Assembly (NCBI RefSeq): GCF_036321535.1
Contig: NC_087436.1
Location: 24,368,001 to 24,432,000 of the forward strand
Direction: 5' to 3'
Origin: Camelus dromedarius
Taxonomy: Eukaryota
Length of the DNA stretch: 64,000 nt
Below are positions 1-13,635 of this stretch, in pieces. The notes beneath the pieces are model-generated. The model ran no database searches. It was not told where the DNA came from and saw nothing but the letters and a program-made list of their open reading frames with translations. Both the position numbers and the translations under genes were made by a program. The first letter of the stretch is position 1. Every line of letters starts with the position of its first letter.

Positions 1-468
1 TTTTTTTCCCCAAGGTATTCCATAGTATTTAGGTAGGGAGAAATTCCTGCCTCAACTCATACTGTGCCCCAAGTCAACATTTACTTCCAGTGATTCAGGT
101 GCTACGGAAAGGTCTGGGTCATCAGCTAGATTGTCCCTTCTCTATGGTAAATTTCTTCTCAACAATTTTGCTCTCCCACTGTCATTTTAATATCTGATTC
201 CTACCAAGCTCCCCACAGCCATCTTTGCCATCAGACATGTGCTAACAAATGTGAAACGTAAAAGGAAAGATCTACATCCCAACCTCTAATCTCACAAAGG
301 TTTCCCCCCACCAATCCTATATAAATTTGTAAATGCAGATAAAAATGACAATAGAATACCTTCCAGCTTCACTAGACAGAATTTAGCTCAAATGCCAGTG
401 GGTATTACCTCTCTTTATCTAAGTGTCTAAGGCCCAGTCTTTGTTGAGCTAAAAAGTCTCCTGTTATA

Positions 469-1037
469 GATGACTGGATAAAGAAGTTGTGCGTGTATAT
501 ATATATACACACACACACATATACACACACACACAATGGAATACTACTCAGTCAAAAAAAATAAAGTAATGCCATTTTCAGCAACATGGATGGACCTGGA
601 GATCATCATTCTAAATGAAGTTACCCAGAAAGAGAAAAAAATACCATATGCTATCACTCATATGTGGAATCTAAAAAAAAAGGACACAAATGAACTTATT
701 TACAAAACAGAGACAGACTCACAGATATAGAAAACAAACTTATGGTTACCAGGGGGAAGAGGGATAAACTGGGGAGTTTGGGAATTGTACATACAAACTA
801 CTGTATATAAAAGAGATAAACAACAAGGTCATACTGCATAACACACGGAACTATATTCAATATCTTGTTTATGGTCTATAATAAAAAAGAATAGAAAAAA
901 ATGTATATATATGTATATGTGTGTGTATATATATAAACTTAATCACTATGCTGCACACCAGAAATTAACAGAACATTGTAAATTGACTATACTTCAATTT
1001 TTAAAAATTAATTAGAAAAATAAAACAGTTAAAAAAA
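469..1037 (+). mobile_element. 5'-truncated LINE-1 3' end with internal (TA)n(CA)n
   Basis: ORF 536-730 resembles the L1 ORF2 C-terminus (MEYYS...FSATWMDLEIIIL.EV); A-rich tail; TSD CTCCTGTTATA at 458-468 and 1038-1048. Confidence 0.9.
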
Positions 1038-1522
1038 CTCCTGTTATATATGAAATACCATAAACATTTTACTAAAGGTGATTTTTAAAAAGTAATTTGA
1101 ATATTTCCTGGTTTTTATTTTAAATTAAGCTTCTTCCAGTTTTTATTATGGAAGTAATATATAATAATTTATAATTAGAAATTAAACATAGAAAGACAAG
1201 AATATAAGCCATGTTCCACTATCCAAAGGAAATGAAACTTATAATTCCATTGCATTTTATGCATTTTGACTTCCTATCTCTCAAAAATGTTTTAAATTAA
1301 TTTTAATCAATTATTGCCCCCCAAAATACAGAAAGACATAGAGTATCAAAAACTTCCCAGTTTTCCCCCACAATAGCATTTCCTAGAGTTAATCACTAAA
1401 TAGTGGCTATCCTCCTAGACATTTCTATGCTTACATAAACTTATGTTTTCAATCTTTTTGAATGCATAGGTTTTTTGGGGGGTTGTTTTATAAAATGTTA
1501 CATTTCTTTTTTTCCCCAACAT

Positions 1523-1826
1523 GTCTTTGTTGAGGTCTGTTTTATAAATCACATAATCCACTAATTTCAAGTGTACAATTCAATTATTTTTAATAGTTAT
1601 TTTACTATTTTATATGTGCAATTGTCACCATATATGCGTTGTAGAACAGCCTCATCACTCAGTAAGATCCCTCACACACATTTACTGTCAATCCCTTTTC
1701 CCCTGAGCCCCTACCCCGGGCAAATACTAATTTACTTTCTGTTTAGAGCTTTGCCTTTTCTGGATATTTCATATAAATGGAATCAGACAACATGTGGTCT
1801 CTTGTGTCTACTTTATTTCACTTAGC
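1523..1826 (-). mobile_element. Old L1 (L1MB-like) 3'UTR fragment
   Basis: Typical antisense L1M motifs (TTGCCTTTTCTGGATATTTCATATAAATGGAATC, TTTCACTTAGCA). Confidence 0.75.
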
Positions 1827-2239
1827 AGAATATGTTTCTTTTCAGAGAGTGAAGAAAAATGTTTATGGATGCTGATGAGTTTTATTTGAAGATGATCTCT
1901 CACAAGCGAAAAATACAAAGAAGTTTCATGTACTGACAATGTTAGGGCAAGGACTAACAGCAATTCTTAGCCATTGGATAGCTAAGTTTTTTGACACTCC
2001 ACTCTTCCCTCTAGTGGCCGGGATGAAAAAAGGATATTGTGTTTGTCGCTTGTTGGAACACATCCCAGATTCTTCAAAAGCTCCCAAATGAGGGGCATGA
2101 CATTTGGGGATTTCAGGTGAGCCATATTTCCTTCTGGTTTATTAAAGGGCTTTTATAAAGAACATTTCCTGGGAGGCATAATTTATCATTTCTTGCAGTT
2201 TTCCCACCATCAGATCTACCAGCCTCCCCATGTGGAGGG

Positions 2240-2480
2240 ACTTAGTATGGTATTAAGAGCTCAAAGTGTGGTTTCCAATTGCTCAAGTTCAAATCTCAGC
2301 CCTGCTGCTTCCTACTTACAGGGCCTGCGGGAAGCCACCCACTCAGTGGCCGAGTTTCTTTCTCTTCTGTACGATGAAGATGATAATAATACCTGCTTCA
2401 TGGGGCTGTTGTGAGGACTGAATGAATTAAGATGCATGGAACGCCTTAGAACAGTCCTGACATAGTAGGAGTTGAATAAA
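2240..2480 (+). mobile_element. MIR SINE
   Basis: MIR core (GTTCAAATCTCAGC...GATAATAATACCTGCTTCATGGGGCTGTTGTGAGGA). Confidence 0.75.
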
Positions 2481-5055
2481 TCTTACATAGCCTCAGTTCC
2501 ACTTTTTCTGCCTTCATTCCTGCTACAATAAATGCCCAAGCTAGCTTTCCCTGGGCTCTGCTGTTATCCCCACCCTTCTTCCCAATGATTTTGCTGTGTT
2601 AATTTTCTCATCTTTCTCCTTTTGTGATTTCCTCCTCTTTACCAGATTATCCCACTTCTTTCTGCCCCCATTACCACCTCTCCAGTTCATGACAAACACC
2701 ATTGCTGCAGTCTTCTGATCAGTCACCTTACTCTACCCCTAGAGTGTGCTGTCACTCAGCAACCCAAGTATCTAAAAAATATTCACCAGAATTTCTTTCT
2801 TTCTGCTCAAAACTAATGTTTAATGGGAATGAGTAATTTGCATGTTGTATCTGATGGATACTGAAAGACCTTCTAGTTACAATTAGCTCCCTTATAGCCA
2901 ACTACTGATGCTTGACTTCCCTGCTTTTCCAGGTCCAGCACCATAACCATGGACTTCTCCGTTTTGAAGACAGTCCTGACCAAGGCAGGCAATATAACTA
3001 GAGCTCATTTTCACTCACAGATGGTGTCTGGGATTAATTCTACTGTTATTAGCCCTACATGTCTGCCAATTCCACACTTCCTGGGTGAGCTCTGGGCCCC
3101 TAATACTACCCTCTAAGCTGTACCCTTCCCAATAACCTGCTATGTTGGCTTAGGGTGTGTGTATCTAAAATTTGCTGCAGTGTCGGCTTTAGACACCAGG
3201 ATACTCTGCTAGAAGTAGAATCTTCCCTGGCTACCAACAATGGATTCGGGTACTTGTAAGATGCCTAGGTTTTGTCATTTTTCTTTCCTAGGGATAAGAC
3301 TGGGCTTTCACCTCCCTGCCCCCACAGCTTATCTGAGGTCCTGCTGGAAGCTAATGGACCACCCAACACTGCCCTTCAGCTCACGCTGCATCACATCTCC
3401 CCACTAGGAGACTCCCGCTGGCACACCCTGCCTGCTAGACTAGAACTCCTTGGATATTGGGGGGGGGGCTTGGGGATGCTTATGCCCCTTCAGTTCTGAC
3501 ATATGCAACTGACCAAGTTCCCTGTAGCACGTTTTGTTTATTTTGCCCAAAAGCAGGGAATAAGTCCACCCCTCTCTTAGCCCTGTCAGTCCCAAAGCAC
3601 TCCCACATGAGAAACTGACCAGGACGGGCCCCATCCCTCCAGTTCTTGCCACAGTGGGGCTGCAAGTTACTCAGGCTAAATCAGGAAAGTAGTACAAGAA
3701 TTCAACCGGCAGCCCACACACCAAATGTCTACATATGTAGAGATGATCAATCACGTAGACAAACTGTGTAGTAAAATCTGTTCCATCCTCCAACCTTGAG
3801 AAATATACCTTCAGAGTAATAAAACTGAAATATATGTAAAGCTATGTTTCTTAATATGACTAAAAATTGGCAAAATAGTGAAGATGAATGATTTTAATTA
3901 TTATTGCACATCTGGGTGTTCTATATGATGAGTGTAAAATAAAAGTGATCATAACTAATAAATTTTTATGTTTATTTCTCTGGTCTTCATTTCAGCAAAT
4001 TTCTAATTGTAATGTTATAATCCAGACATTTACAATGATGGGCCTTGACACTCACTGCTTCAAACTATTCCGGGGAATGGGATATCTCCTTTGCTCTGGC
4101 TTCATGTCTAACACCCCTGGCCTTTCTCTGCCCTGTTCATGGTCTGGTCCCTAGGGGAGGAGTGAGGTATTTCAATGGAGATTTTGGGAGAATAAGCTGA
4201 ACATCTTCAAGTTCTTCCTCCTTCTTTTGTCTTGAGTTTTGCCTGATCTCTGGGTGCACAGTCACCTCTACTTTTTCACGTGGTTGTCCAGCACCATCTA
4301 CGAGGAGGCAGGTAAGTTTAATTTAGGGGTGAAATATTAAGTAATCCCCTTGGCTAACATACCTAATCTACATCCTTCAACTGCCTTTAATGGCAATAAA
4401 GGTGACATTTTTCTCTCTTGCTGCTTACCTCTTTCATTTTTTCCTCAATAGGTTCCACTTGTGGGCAGGAAATAGGGATATCATTCATTGGGCCCTATAA
4501 ATTCTGACATGTGTGGTGGATGAGGTTCACATGGGCATACGGCCTGGGCAGTATGCTTCTTTCATAGATTTGCCCAAATGTGGGCATAACTTTTAACTAA
4601 TTCCTCACAGCACAGATTAAGCCATAGTTTTACTGGAAGCTCAGGGAAGGAGTACAACACAAAAAATACTTTACAACTACAGCTCAATCCCAGATCCGCC
4701 CTGGGCTCTCCAGCCGAGTTAGCTCCCAGCCTGGCTCCTGCACCGGATCTCCAACAGCTTACCCTGTCACCCAAAGACGTGCTTGACCACTCTAACCTCT
4801 CACTTTGGCCTCAAAATACAGACACAACACCTTCCCAGCCCCTGCTGAGTCCCAGAGGGGAGAGGAAGACTTTCTCTCCTCTAAAAGACACAGGCCACCT
4901 CTCAAGTCCTCAGCTTCTTTCTGTGTCTGAACCAACTTTTCCCCAAGTTGAGTGATAGTGGGAACATGGTTTGTCGGAGAAAAATTCATCCCCATATATA
5001 AGTGTGAAATCTGTCCCTATGGTTCTTACAGTACAGTTCAAAAGTGCATTTTCCA

Positions 5056-5373
5056 GACACAAATGTATTTACTTACAGAATAGAACAGACTCACAGACAC
5101 AGGAAACAAATTAATAGTTACCAAAGGGGAAAGAGGGAAGGATAAATTAGGAGTTTGGGATTAGCAGATACATACTACTATACACAAAATAGATAAATAA
5201 CAAGGACCTACTGTATAGCACAGGGAACTATATTCAATATCTTATAATAACCTATAATGGAAAAGAATCTGAAAAAGAGTGTATAACTGAATCACTTTGC
5301 TGTACACATGAAACTTACACAATATTATAGATCAACTATATTTGAAGTTTAAAATAAGAAAAAAAGTTTAAAA
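5056..5373 (+). mobile_element. L1 3'UTR fragment, same family type as 469-1037
   Basis: Directly similar to 690-1000; flanked by TSD AAAAGTGCATTTTCCA / AAAAGTACATTTTCCA. Confidence 0.88.
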
Positions 5374-5744
5374 AAAAGTACATTTTCCAAAGTTTGGGTT
5401 CCACAGTGTTAAATAATATCATGAGTGGTAAACCAGTTGATTATACAATTCACAGTGAACTGGATCCGGCCTAGGCTAGTTCTTTTCATAGCCTTTCCTT
5501 CGGCCTGAAGAGATTAGGCCTGTAAAATCTCTTCTGCTCTCTTTTCTCTCTTAATTCTCCATCTCCAAAGAGCTACTCCAAAATAATGCAGGATTCCTTG
5601 GAAGTATGGGAGAGTCTGGTTGCCTAACATTCTGAGAAACTTCAGCAGACAATTAGTGAATCATGGCCTAGCAATTACGGCCTTTGTGGAGATACCGAAA
5701 TAGCTGATCAGATATCCTTCACCAGATATCCCTAACCCCATTAT

Positions 5745-6170
5745 TTGTCAGGTGTGTTGGTAGGTCCTAAGAAAGGCAGATAATGAGACTGAGTTTATTT
5801 AAATAGGAGATTTATTGGGGAATGAAGCCTATGAAAGAAAAAGGGAAAGGATACAGGATTGAGCAGAGACAGCCTTCAGGCCAGGATGCAGCTCTGACAC
5901 TTGGAAAAGGAAACAGAAGAGGAAGCAGGAGAGAGAGCCTCAGGCCAACACAAATTTGATAAAGTCTCAGTCAACCTGTCTAGAGCAGACTGCCTGTTAG
6001 AGGAGTCCAGCCTTGGGCAGAAATGATCAGAGCTGGCAGCCCTGCCGGGATCAGTAGTTGGCTGGGCTGTCCAGAAGGAGCGTGGCCTAAGCCTGAAAGC
6101 CAAGGTGGACAGTTCCTTGTAGCTGAACAGCATGCTCCTCCTTGCAAAGAGATCCAAATGTGGAACCTCC
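5745..6170 (-). mobile_element. ERVL LTR relic (LTR16-like)
   Basis: Recalled LTR16-type motifs (GGAGATTTATTGGGG, internally repeated GAGAGCCTCAGGC, AGAGGAGTCC..CCTTGGGCAGAAATG). Confidence 0.55.
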
Positions 6171-7435
6171 TTGGCTTCCACAGTAGGGAACTTTCTATTT
6201 GTCAGCTGACTCTCCATAAGTTAGAGGACCAAGTGAACCCTCAAAAATGGTTTGCTCATCACTTTAGCAAGATGCATTTCCTAACTATTCCCTTTCTCTT
6301 TTACTTCTTTCCATCACTAAAGCCAGAACTCCATTCCACGGCAATATTTCTTGCTAGGACTATTACAGTAATCGCCCCTGGTCTTCCCATAACCCACTCT
6401 TGTGCCTTCCAGACTGTTCTTTCCACCACAGTCAGAATCCTCTTTTCAAATACAATTCTAATTAAAAAACCTGAGCAGCTTAGCCTTACTCTTAAAAGAC
6501 ACAGTTAAATTCTTAACACCACTTTCAAGGTCCTGAGGGCCACTCCCAACTACATCTTCAGCCTAGTCTCACATTCTTCATTTGCTCTGCTCTAGTACAG
6601 TGGCCTTCTTTCTATTCCTAGAAAATGTGCCTTGCTTCTTTCTTTCCCAGGGCTTTGCATAGGCAAATTCCTCTGCCTGGGATGCTTCTCACATTCTTTC
6701 CATCTCTGAGAAATACAGCATGATGCAGTTGGTGTTTGTTTATTTTTAACCTATTCAACATACTCTAAATTTCTTTTTAAAATTAAGCAAAATGTAGGTC
6801 AGAGGGGAGGATGTTTATAAAAATAAAATTAAACATCCAGGGAGAGTATAAATAGACACATAAAATATTGAAGGACAATATTACCACACAGGTCACACGT
6901 AGAAAAAGTTGAATATGATGATTGTTTTTAAAGAAATAATTTACTAATTTTTTAAAATTATTTTTCAGATTATTATAAAGGATAAATTTGCAGCCAGTTA
7001 TTTCTGTGGAACCATGAAAAATTTACGTACTGCTCTGTGAAAAAAGCAAAATACAAGTTGATAAATATAGGACTTCCATTTCTAGCAGTACAGACAGCTG
7101 GATAACTGGAAAACCTTCTTGCTATATAATATCTACAAATTTTGGATAAAATATAATAAATGTTCCTTTCAATACATAGTGGAGAAATATCTCTAAGGGA
7201 AAGAGAGAGAGAGAAAGACAGAAGATAGGGAGAGAACATACTAATAATTGATAAAATTAGGTGAGGTATATACATGTGTTCCTTGAACTATTTTTTAACT
7301 TTTCTATGTGCTTGAAATTTTCAAATTAAAGTAAAACAATAACAAAAAATAACAAGATAGAACCAAAATTCTGAACACAGTATCAGGTGAGACAAGGAAG
7401 AGGATGAGAGATGAGATCAAAATTATAGCATTTCA

Positions 7436-7571
7436 GGGGAGGGTATAGCTCAAGTGGTAAAGCACATGCTTAGCATACATGATGTCCTGGGTTCAATCCC
7501 TAGTATCTCCTCTAAAAAATAGATAAATAAATAAACCTAGTTCCCTCCCCTCCACCAAAAAAAAAAAAAAA
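7436..7571 (+). mobile_element. tRNA-derived SINE (camelid Vic-1-like)
   Basis: GGGGAGGGTATAGCTCAAGTGG (A box), GGTTCAATCCC (B box), poly-A tail, 17-bp TSD AAAATTAYAGCATTTCA. Confidence 0.9.
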
Positions 7572-9594
7572 AAAATTACAGCATTTCAAGGTTGTTGTAT
7601 TCTATAGGAGGAAAGAGACAACTGCTTTCTATAGATGTAAATAGAGAATAAAGAAGCTGCACATATTTTTAATTTCTTTTAAGTATGACTTTGGGATTTT
7701 TACTGTGTTGTTAATCCCAAAGACATTAGACAGTTTCATTTAAATATTTGTAAAAGTAGTGAAAGATATGCACAAGGTATCTCAGCATTGCTTTTAGTAG
7801 CTTCACAAATCGGTGAAACAACCCAGTTTAGAACTGGTATGTGAATTATGATAGATATACTCAGGGTAATGCTATGCCTCCATGTTTATTGACTTAAAAA
7901 GATTTCATGCTTACAACTGAGCAACATAGGTCACAGAATACATGAATAAGCTCTTTTACATAAAACTGTTTTTATAGATCTATGAGTATGAAATTGGTTG
8001 TCTCAGTAGTAAGTATCTGGATGACTTCACTTTGTGCTTTACAATTTTCTGTATTTGAATTTGTTAAAATGGGCATTAAAAAATAAAAACAGTAAAGCTG
8101 TTCTTAAAGGTAAGTGATAAAATAAATTCCAAGTACTTTCTGCTCTTCCATTTCCACCTGGGGGCTCTCCCATTTCCACCTGGGCACTCTCCCTCAGCAA
8201 AGATGTTTGAAATCATTGTACCTAGAGATGAAGAGAAAGCCAGCAGAGACTAGAGTACAGCTACACTTTCTCTCTTGCAGGCGGCTGAGTCTGCAGTCTG
8301 TGATAGGACTCCAGTACGCACAAAAAGTGTACTGTCTGTGCCAAGCACAGGGGCTCCTAGTCTGGCTAGTGCCAAGAGGTGACCAGAACAAGGAACAGGT
8401 GGATGGTGTCAGTGTCCCACCTAAGCACGACCTGCTGTGGTTCCCAGAGCATGCTGAGCTGAGGCACCGGGTGGCAGCACTCATCCCTTACTGCGGTGCA
8501 GACCCAGCCCAGGCCAAAGTCAAGTTACTTAACAGCACTGGGATATAGCCACTGTGATGGTGCTGTTAACAGTTGACACCATTGTATTTTTAACTATGTG
8601 TCCTATATCTCCTCATCCACTTACTTATCTTAACATCATATGTGTCATCGTATCTCTCCGGCGGGGGCAGGCTTTGCAGTTACAGTGCAGCACTTGCACC
8701 TTACTCTCCCCCAAATATCTACAATGAGAGCAAACACACTGGGAATACAGATGCTTTTGCTCTGAGCTACAATCACGGCTTTTCGGATATTACTTACCAA
8801 GCAGTGTTTCTGGTTAGGAATCACAGCTGGAAAACTGATTTCAGTTCATTACACTTCATTCTGTTGCCCCTAAATTTTGCACACTATATTCTTGTATATT
8901 ATTTCAAATAAAATGAGAAAAATTATTTTTAAAAAAGTGTATTGCATTCTTCTTGTCTGAAAGTTAGGAATATATGGCCTATTCCTGTCTGGCTATGAGA
9001 TCCACACAGAGAAAGGGGTCATTATTTCCCTGGTCAAGTAAAAAAAGGGTCCCTTAAAGGCCCAGCTGCCACTAGGGATTAGAAAAGCAGCTGTGATCAA
9101 ACAAGTACCCGAAGGCTATGGAACTCAGTATCAAGGAATTCTTCTCAATTCCAGGATTCAAGATGACCCCTCCCTTCACATTCTTTCAATATTCCACCTA
9201 ATTCATCCACCAGAATACTTTTTAGATCCTTCTCAGCAATTCATTCCCATCTTTTCTAAATCTTGCACTAAGGCACTGCTTCCATCAGGGATTTAACAAA
9301 GTATGTAGGTGCACATACTAATTGTGAGGTGTGGGTGCCTCCTGGGCCCAAGGATGACTAAGGTTTGTAGGTGGTGTGGAACTCACAGGCAAGGAAATGC
9401 ACCTGAGAGTCCAAGAAGCACTTAATATTGAAATGTGTATCCTGACCTAAGCCCCTTAGTTGAGCCTCCTGCTGTATAGCTATGAACACTTGTCCAACTC
9501 TGAAGGTCTGCAAAATCTATTTTCAAAGTAATCTAGATTTGTAAATGTTAAACTCCTGGTGGGAGTGCAGGGTAGGCACTCTCAAGCACAGCGA

Positions 9595-9975
9595 GTGGGA
9601 GTATTTTTTGTGCCCCCCCCTCCAAATGCATATGTTGAAGCCCTAATCCTCCAGTGTGATTGTATTTGGGGATAGGCCCTTTAGGGTGATAAGTAAGGTT
9701 AGATGAGGTCATAAGGGTGGGGCCCTAATCCGATAAGGCTGTTGTCCTTACAAGAAGAGGAAGAGACACCAAAACTCCCTCTCTCCACATGTGCACAAAG
9801 GAAAGGCCACGTTAAGACACAGGGAGCAGGCAGTTCTCTATGAGCCAGGAAGAGCTCACATCAGAAGACAAATTTGCTGGCACCCTGATTGTGGACCTCG
9901 AACCTCCAGAATGGTCTACTGCTTAAGCCAGCCAGTCTGTGGTGTTTTATTATGGTACCCTGAGCAGACTAATAC
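9595..9975 (+). mobile_element. MaLR solo LTR (MLT1A-like)
   Basis: CATATGTTGAAGCCCTAATC...GATGAGGTCATAAGGGTGGGGCCCTAATC...GCAGACTAATACA end. Confidence 0.85.
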
Positions 9976-11771
9976 AGGTACCAAAACTTTAAAAAATCCT
10001 ACCCTTTTATGCAATTATACTTTTAGGAATAATCTCCAATGAAATCATCATGAATATACATAAAAATGTAAGTTCAAGGATAGTCTTTGAAGTTCTATTT
10101 ATAATGTGAAAAAAACAGAAACAAATATCCAGGACCATGTGACTGAATAAATAAGTAAATGGTGAAACTCGTTCTTTTAATATGCTATGAGAGGATATTT
10201 AACATGGAAAAAGAGTCACAAACATACTATTTGGTGAAAAAACAAAGTTATACAATAGTGTATATAATATAAGCCAATTACTAGGTAAAATATTGTTATG
10301 CATAGAAAGAAGTGGAGATGGATTTACTTATACATATATTTATTTTTATACCAAAATATTAAGAGTAATAAGGTCAGGATGATGGATTGATCAGCAATTT
10401 TTAGTTTCTCCTTTTTGTCTATATATATATATGGGTTTTCAAAAACATCACAGTGAATAGGTATTAATAATTTTTGGAATAAGAAAGAAGCCTACAAAGC
10501 TTGTTGCATTCTTACAAATCTGAGCTTGATAGACTGAAACATTAAGTTGAAAAAATAGGCTTACATTTAGATTCAAAAACCATAATTTTTCAGAAGGGAA
10601 ACAAACTGCTTGGATTGCAATCCTTGAGTTTCAGGTGACGATAAACTCACCTAGAGCCAACAACACAATATGGCTGCTAAAAATACTAATATAATCTTAG
10701 GTTGCACAACAGAAGTACAGTTTACCATACTTTGTTACTCTCAAGAGTGCCACATTTAGAGAGCGGGAAATGGTGTCCATAGGGAAACAACTGAAACGGT
10801 GTAGGAGCACATGGAGATTCACTGAGGATGCTTACTGGGCTCAAAAAAGAGAAGAGGAAGGATAGACAGACTTGGCAACTGGGAAATAGAGGGCTGGCAT
10901 ATAGAAGATGGAATCTTTTTTTTTTTTTTTTCTGTTATGCCCTTAAAAGAAGAGCTAGAGTGAGTAATTATTGGTTATAGGGAGGCAGCTTTCATATTAA
11001 ATACAAGAAAGAAGTTTCCAACAATCATTAGTCTATAGCAACAGGATGGGTGGGAAGCGGTTGAGTAAGGGTTGAGATAAAGGAGATTTAGAAAGTTGTA
11101 TATCCAGGTGGGAAATCAGACCAGGTAACCCGTAAGGCATCTTCTACATCTAGGAGTCCAGGTTATTTTTGGAGCGTGCCTCTGAACCTGCGGGACCAGT
11201 CTGCTCACAATGATGAAACCCATCTCAGAGAGTTCAGCAGTGGCCAGCCAGGCAGCCCAAGACCTGCAGCTTCAGGCTCTCGCCCACTCCTGACTGTCAG
11301 GCCTGTTTCTGACATATTGGTTTCTTCTTTTTTCCTCTCCCAATAGAAATACCTTTACAAAAAAGATTTTTAAAGCAATATATATGCTCACTGTAAACAA
11401 TTTAAATTCTGCAGAAGTGTGTGACTACAAAAACCTTGCAGGTTCCCTTCTATGCTTCATTTCCGAATTCTTATATGTAAATGATACATTCTATCCATAG
11501 TGTAGAATAATATAATCCTTCACTCAATAATTATATTGGGGGTCTTTCAATGTCAGTACACATACTGGGTGTCCAAAAAGTTGGGATATCTAGGATAAAT
11601 TTATTTATTTTTTATTGTGCTAAAATATACATAACAAAATTTACTATTTTAACTACTTTTAGGGGTACAAGTCACCAGCATTAAATACATTCACAATGTT
11701 GTACAACCCTGTCCATAAAGGTAAATTTATTTTAAAACAGTATGTTAGTTACAATTTCAAAAAATATGCTT

Positions 11772-11903
11772 GGGGGAGGGTATAGCTCAGTGGTAGAGCA
11801 CATGCTTAGCATGAATGAGGTCCTGGGTTCAATTCCCAGCACCTCCATTTAAAAAATAAATAAATAAAATAAATAAATAAACCTAATTACGCACCCCCTC
11901 CCC
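11772..11903 (+). mobile_element. tRNA-derived SINE (Vic-1-like)
   Basis: Same consensus as 7436; TSD AATATGCT. Confidence 0.9.
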
Positions 11904-12367
11904 AATATGCTCAATGCATTGCTTTCAACCTTTAGACACATTTTCAGGGACATTTAAAGCAATGGGACCTATGTCAGTCTGAACAAACTAAAATAAATAT
12001 GCTATTTTCCCTGTGATCTCAAGCCTTGTCTACACTGTAGTGATAGAGGCAGGCAGAAGGTAGAAAGGAGTGAACAAGGGTTCTGTAGTCTTGGCTCAAA
12101 CACTACTGAATATGTGGCCTTGGGCACATTATTTAACCTCTCTGTTATTCTATCATTGTTTGACTCTTCTTTCTTCGTACAACCCAGTGACCTCCAGAGA
12201 GCTGTACTCTTTTCTCCACTCCAGGAAATATAGTTTTACAAGTCATTTCAACAGAGACTGGCCTATGTGGTATGGTTTGAAAAATAACAGGAGAACCACC
12301 CACTCAAACCATCTTCTCTAACGGCCTGCCACGTTCTTCAAATTCCAACCTGACATTACTGCTTTGC

Positions 12368-12543
12368 AGAGCTGGCCTCATGGGTGTACGAGCTGTGCAG
12401 CTGCAGGGTCCTCACACTTAGAAGGGCCCTGTGCTTCGTTTGATGTTCTGCTCTTGCTGTCTTGAAACTCTTAATTATTTTTGAGCAAGAGGCTCTGCAT
12501 TCTCATTTTGCACTGAATCCCACAAATTATGGAATAAGTCCTG
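12368..12543 (+). mobile_element. hAT-Tip100 MITE (MER91A-like)
   Basis: Recalled consensus motifs (CTTAGAAGGGCCC...GTCTTGAAA.TCTTAAT...TCATTTTGCACTG..CCCACAAATTATG). Confidence 0.65.
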
Positions 12544-12977
12544 CTCCTTTGGATGAAAGCATTAAACTCAGAAGGGCCTTATTTTAAGAGCAAATAATTT
12601 TCCTGAAATGCATACCATATTAACACCAGTTAACACTCATTCTGTCATATTAATTAATGTGTTGACTAATTAATTAAGATAGCAGAAATATGAAGGAAAA
12701 AAAAAGATAGCAGAGATCTGAAGGATTGAAGCATTGAACCTCCAACTTTTAATGTGGAGAAGAAGCCTGAATAGGTCCAGAGCATGAATATTGCCTGCAC
12801 AGGGTATCCTCAGGGCATCTGAAAGGGTGGGTGGGAGGGGCAAACGAAGACACCAGACACCAGAAGACTTGATGTATTTTTGTTGAATGACAGTACAAAT
12901 AAGTGAGTGAGTGAATGAACGAATGAATGAGAGGTGCTAAGGGGAAGAATGGAAGAGACGTGTAATTCAAGTTTGGC

Positions 12978-12986
12978 TATATATAT

Positions 12987-13029
<43 letters not shown>

Positions 13030-13038
13030 TGTGTGTGT
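12978..13038. repeat. Compound microsatellite (TA)n...(AC)18(GT)6
   Basis: Read directly. Confidence 0.95.
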
Positions 13039-13635
13039 TCTATAAGGCACAGACTTACACATTTGGAGCACCATCCTAAAGGAAGAGACTAAATGACTGC
13101 TTCCTATCTGAGCTATTCTGCCTACTGCACGCACTTCAGATGAAACTCAGCCTGCTCTTCTGGTCATAGCAGACTCCATCCAGGACTGGAGCACAGGTTA
13201 AAGGCAGCGACATAAGGCATGAGGTGGGCCAGCTGCCACTGAGGAGGTCTGGGTAGCATTCTGTCCCAGGATACTATGCCACAATAAATGGTTACAAACT
13301 GACTCAAATAAAATATCTCTTTTGGGAATTATACAGGAAGATGAGTCGTTTTATACCAAAAAGGAGGTGAATCATTCTAGTTAAGATTACTGCTGTGAAT
13401 AAAAGTCCTGGTTCCTGTAGCTCCTGTTACTCAGTCTCCGAAAGTAGGAGCAGCTGGATGAGGAAATTTCCAGAGCTACTTTCCTTTCTTGTCACTCCAA
13501 GTCCCCACATATCCCTGCAACACATTCTCTCATCGGAGGTGATGTATGCCTGTGTATTCCTTTGATCTTAGACAAGCTAACTAATTTGGAGCACACTATT
13601 ATTAAAACAAGAACCTTCTGTAGACCATGTGGGAG

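Noticed and set aside
536..730. 64-aa ORF with a real protein motif
   Set aside because: L1 ORF2 C-terminal remnant in a truncated insertion.
2002..2020. CTCF-like CGGCCACTAGAGGGAAGAG on the minus strand
   Set aside because: Lacks the conserved C of the GGC core; too weak to call without a PWM score.
7436..7510. tRNA-like sequences with A and B boxes
   Set aside because: Heads of a 12-copy SINE with tails and TSDs, not tRNA genes.
8207..8548. 113-aa ORF in non-repeat sequence
   Set aside because: No recognisable homology, non-ATG start, no convincing exon structure.
12676..12725. Imperfect 22-bp direct repeat around a short A run
   Set aside because: Most simply a small local duplication or minimal retro-insertion scar; no functional cue.
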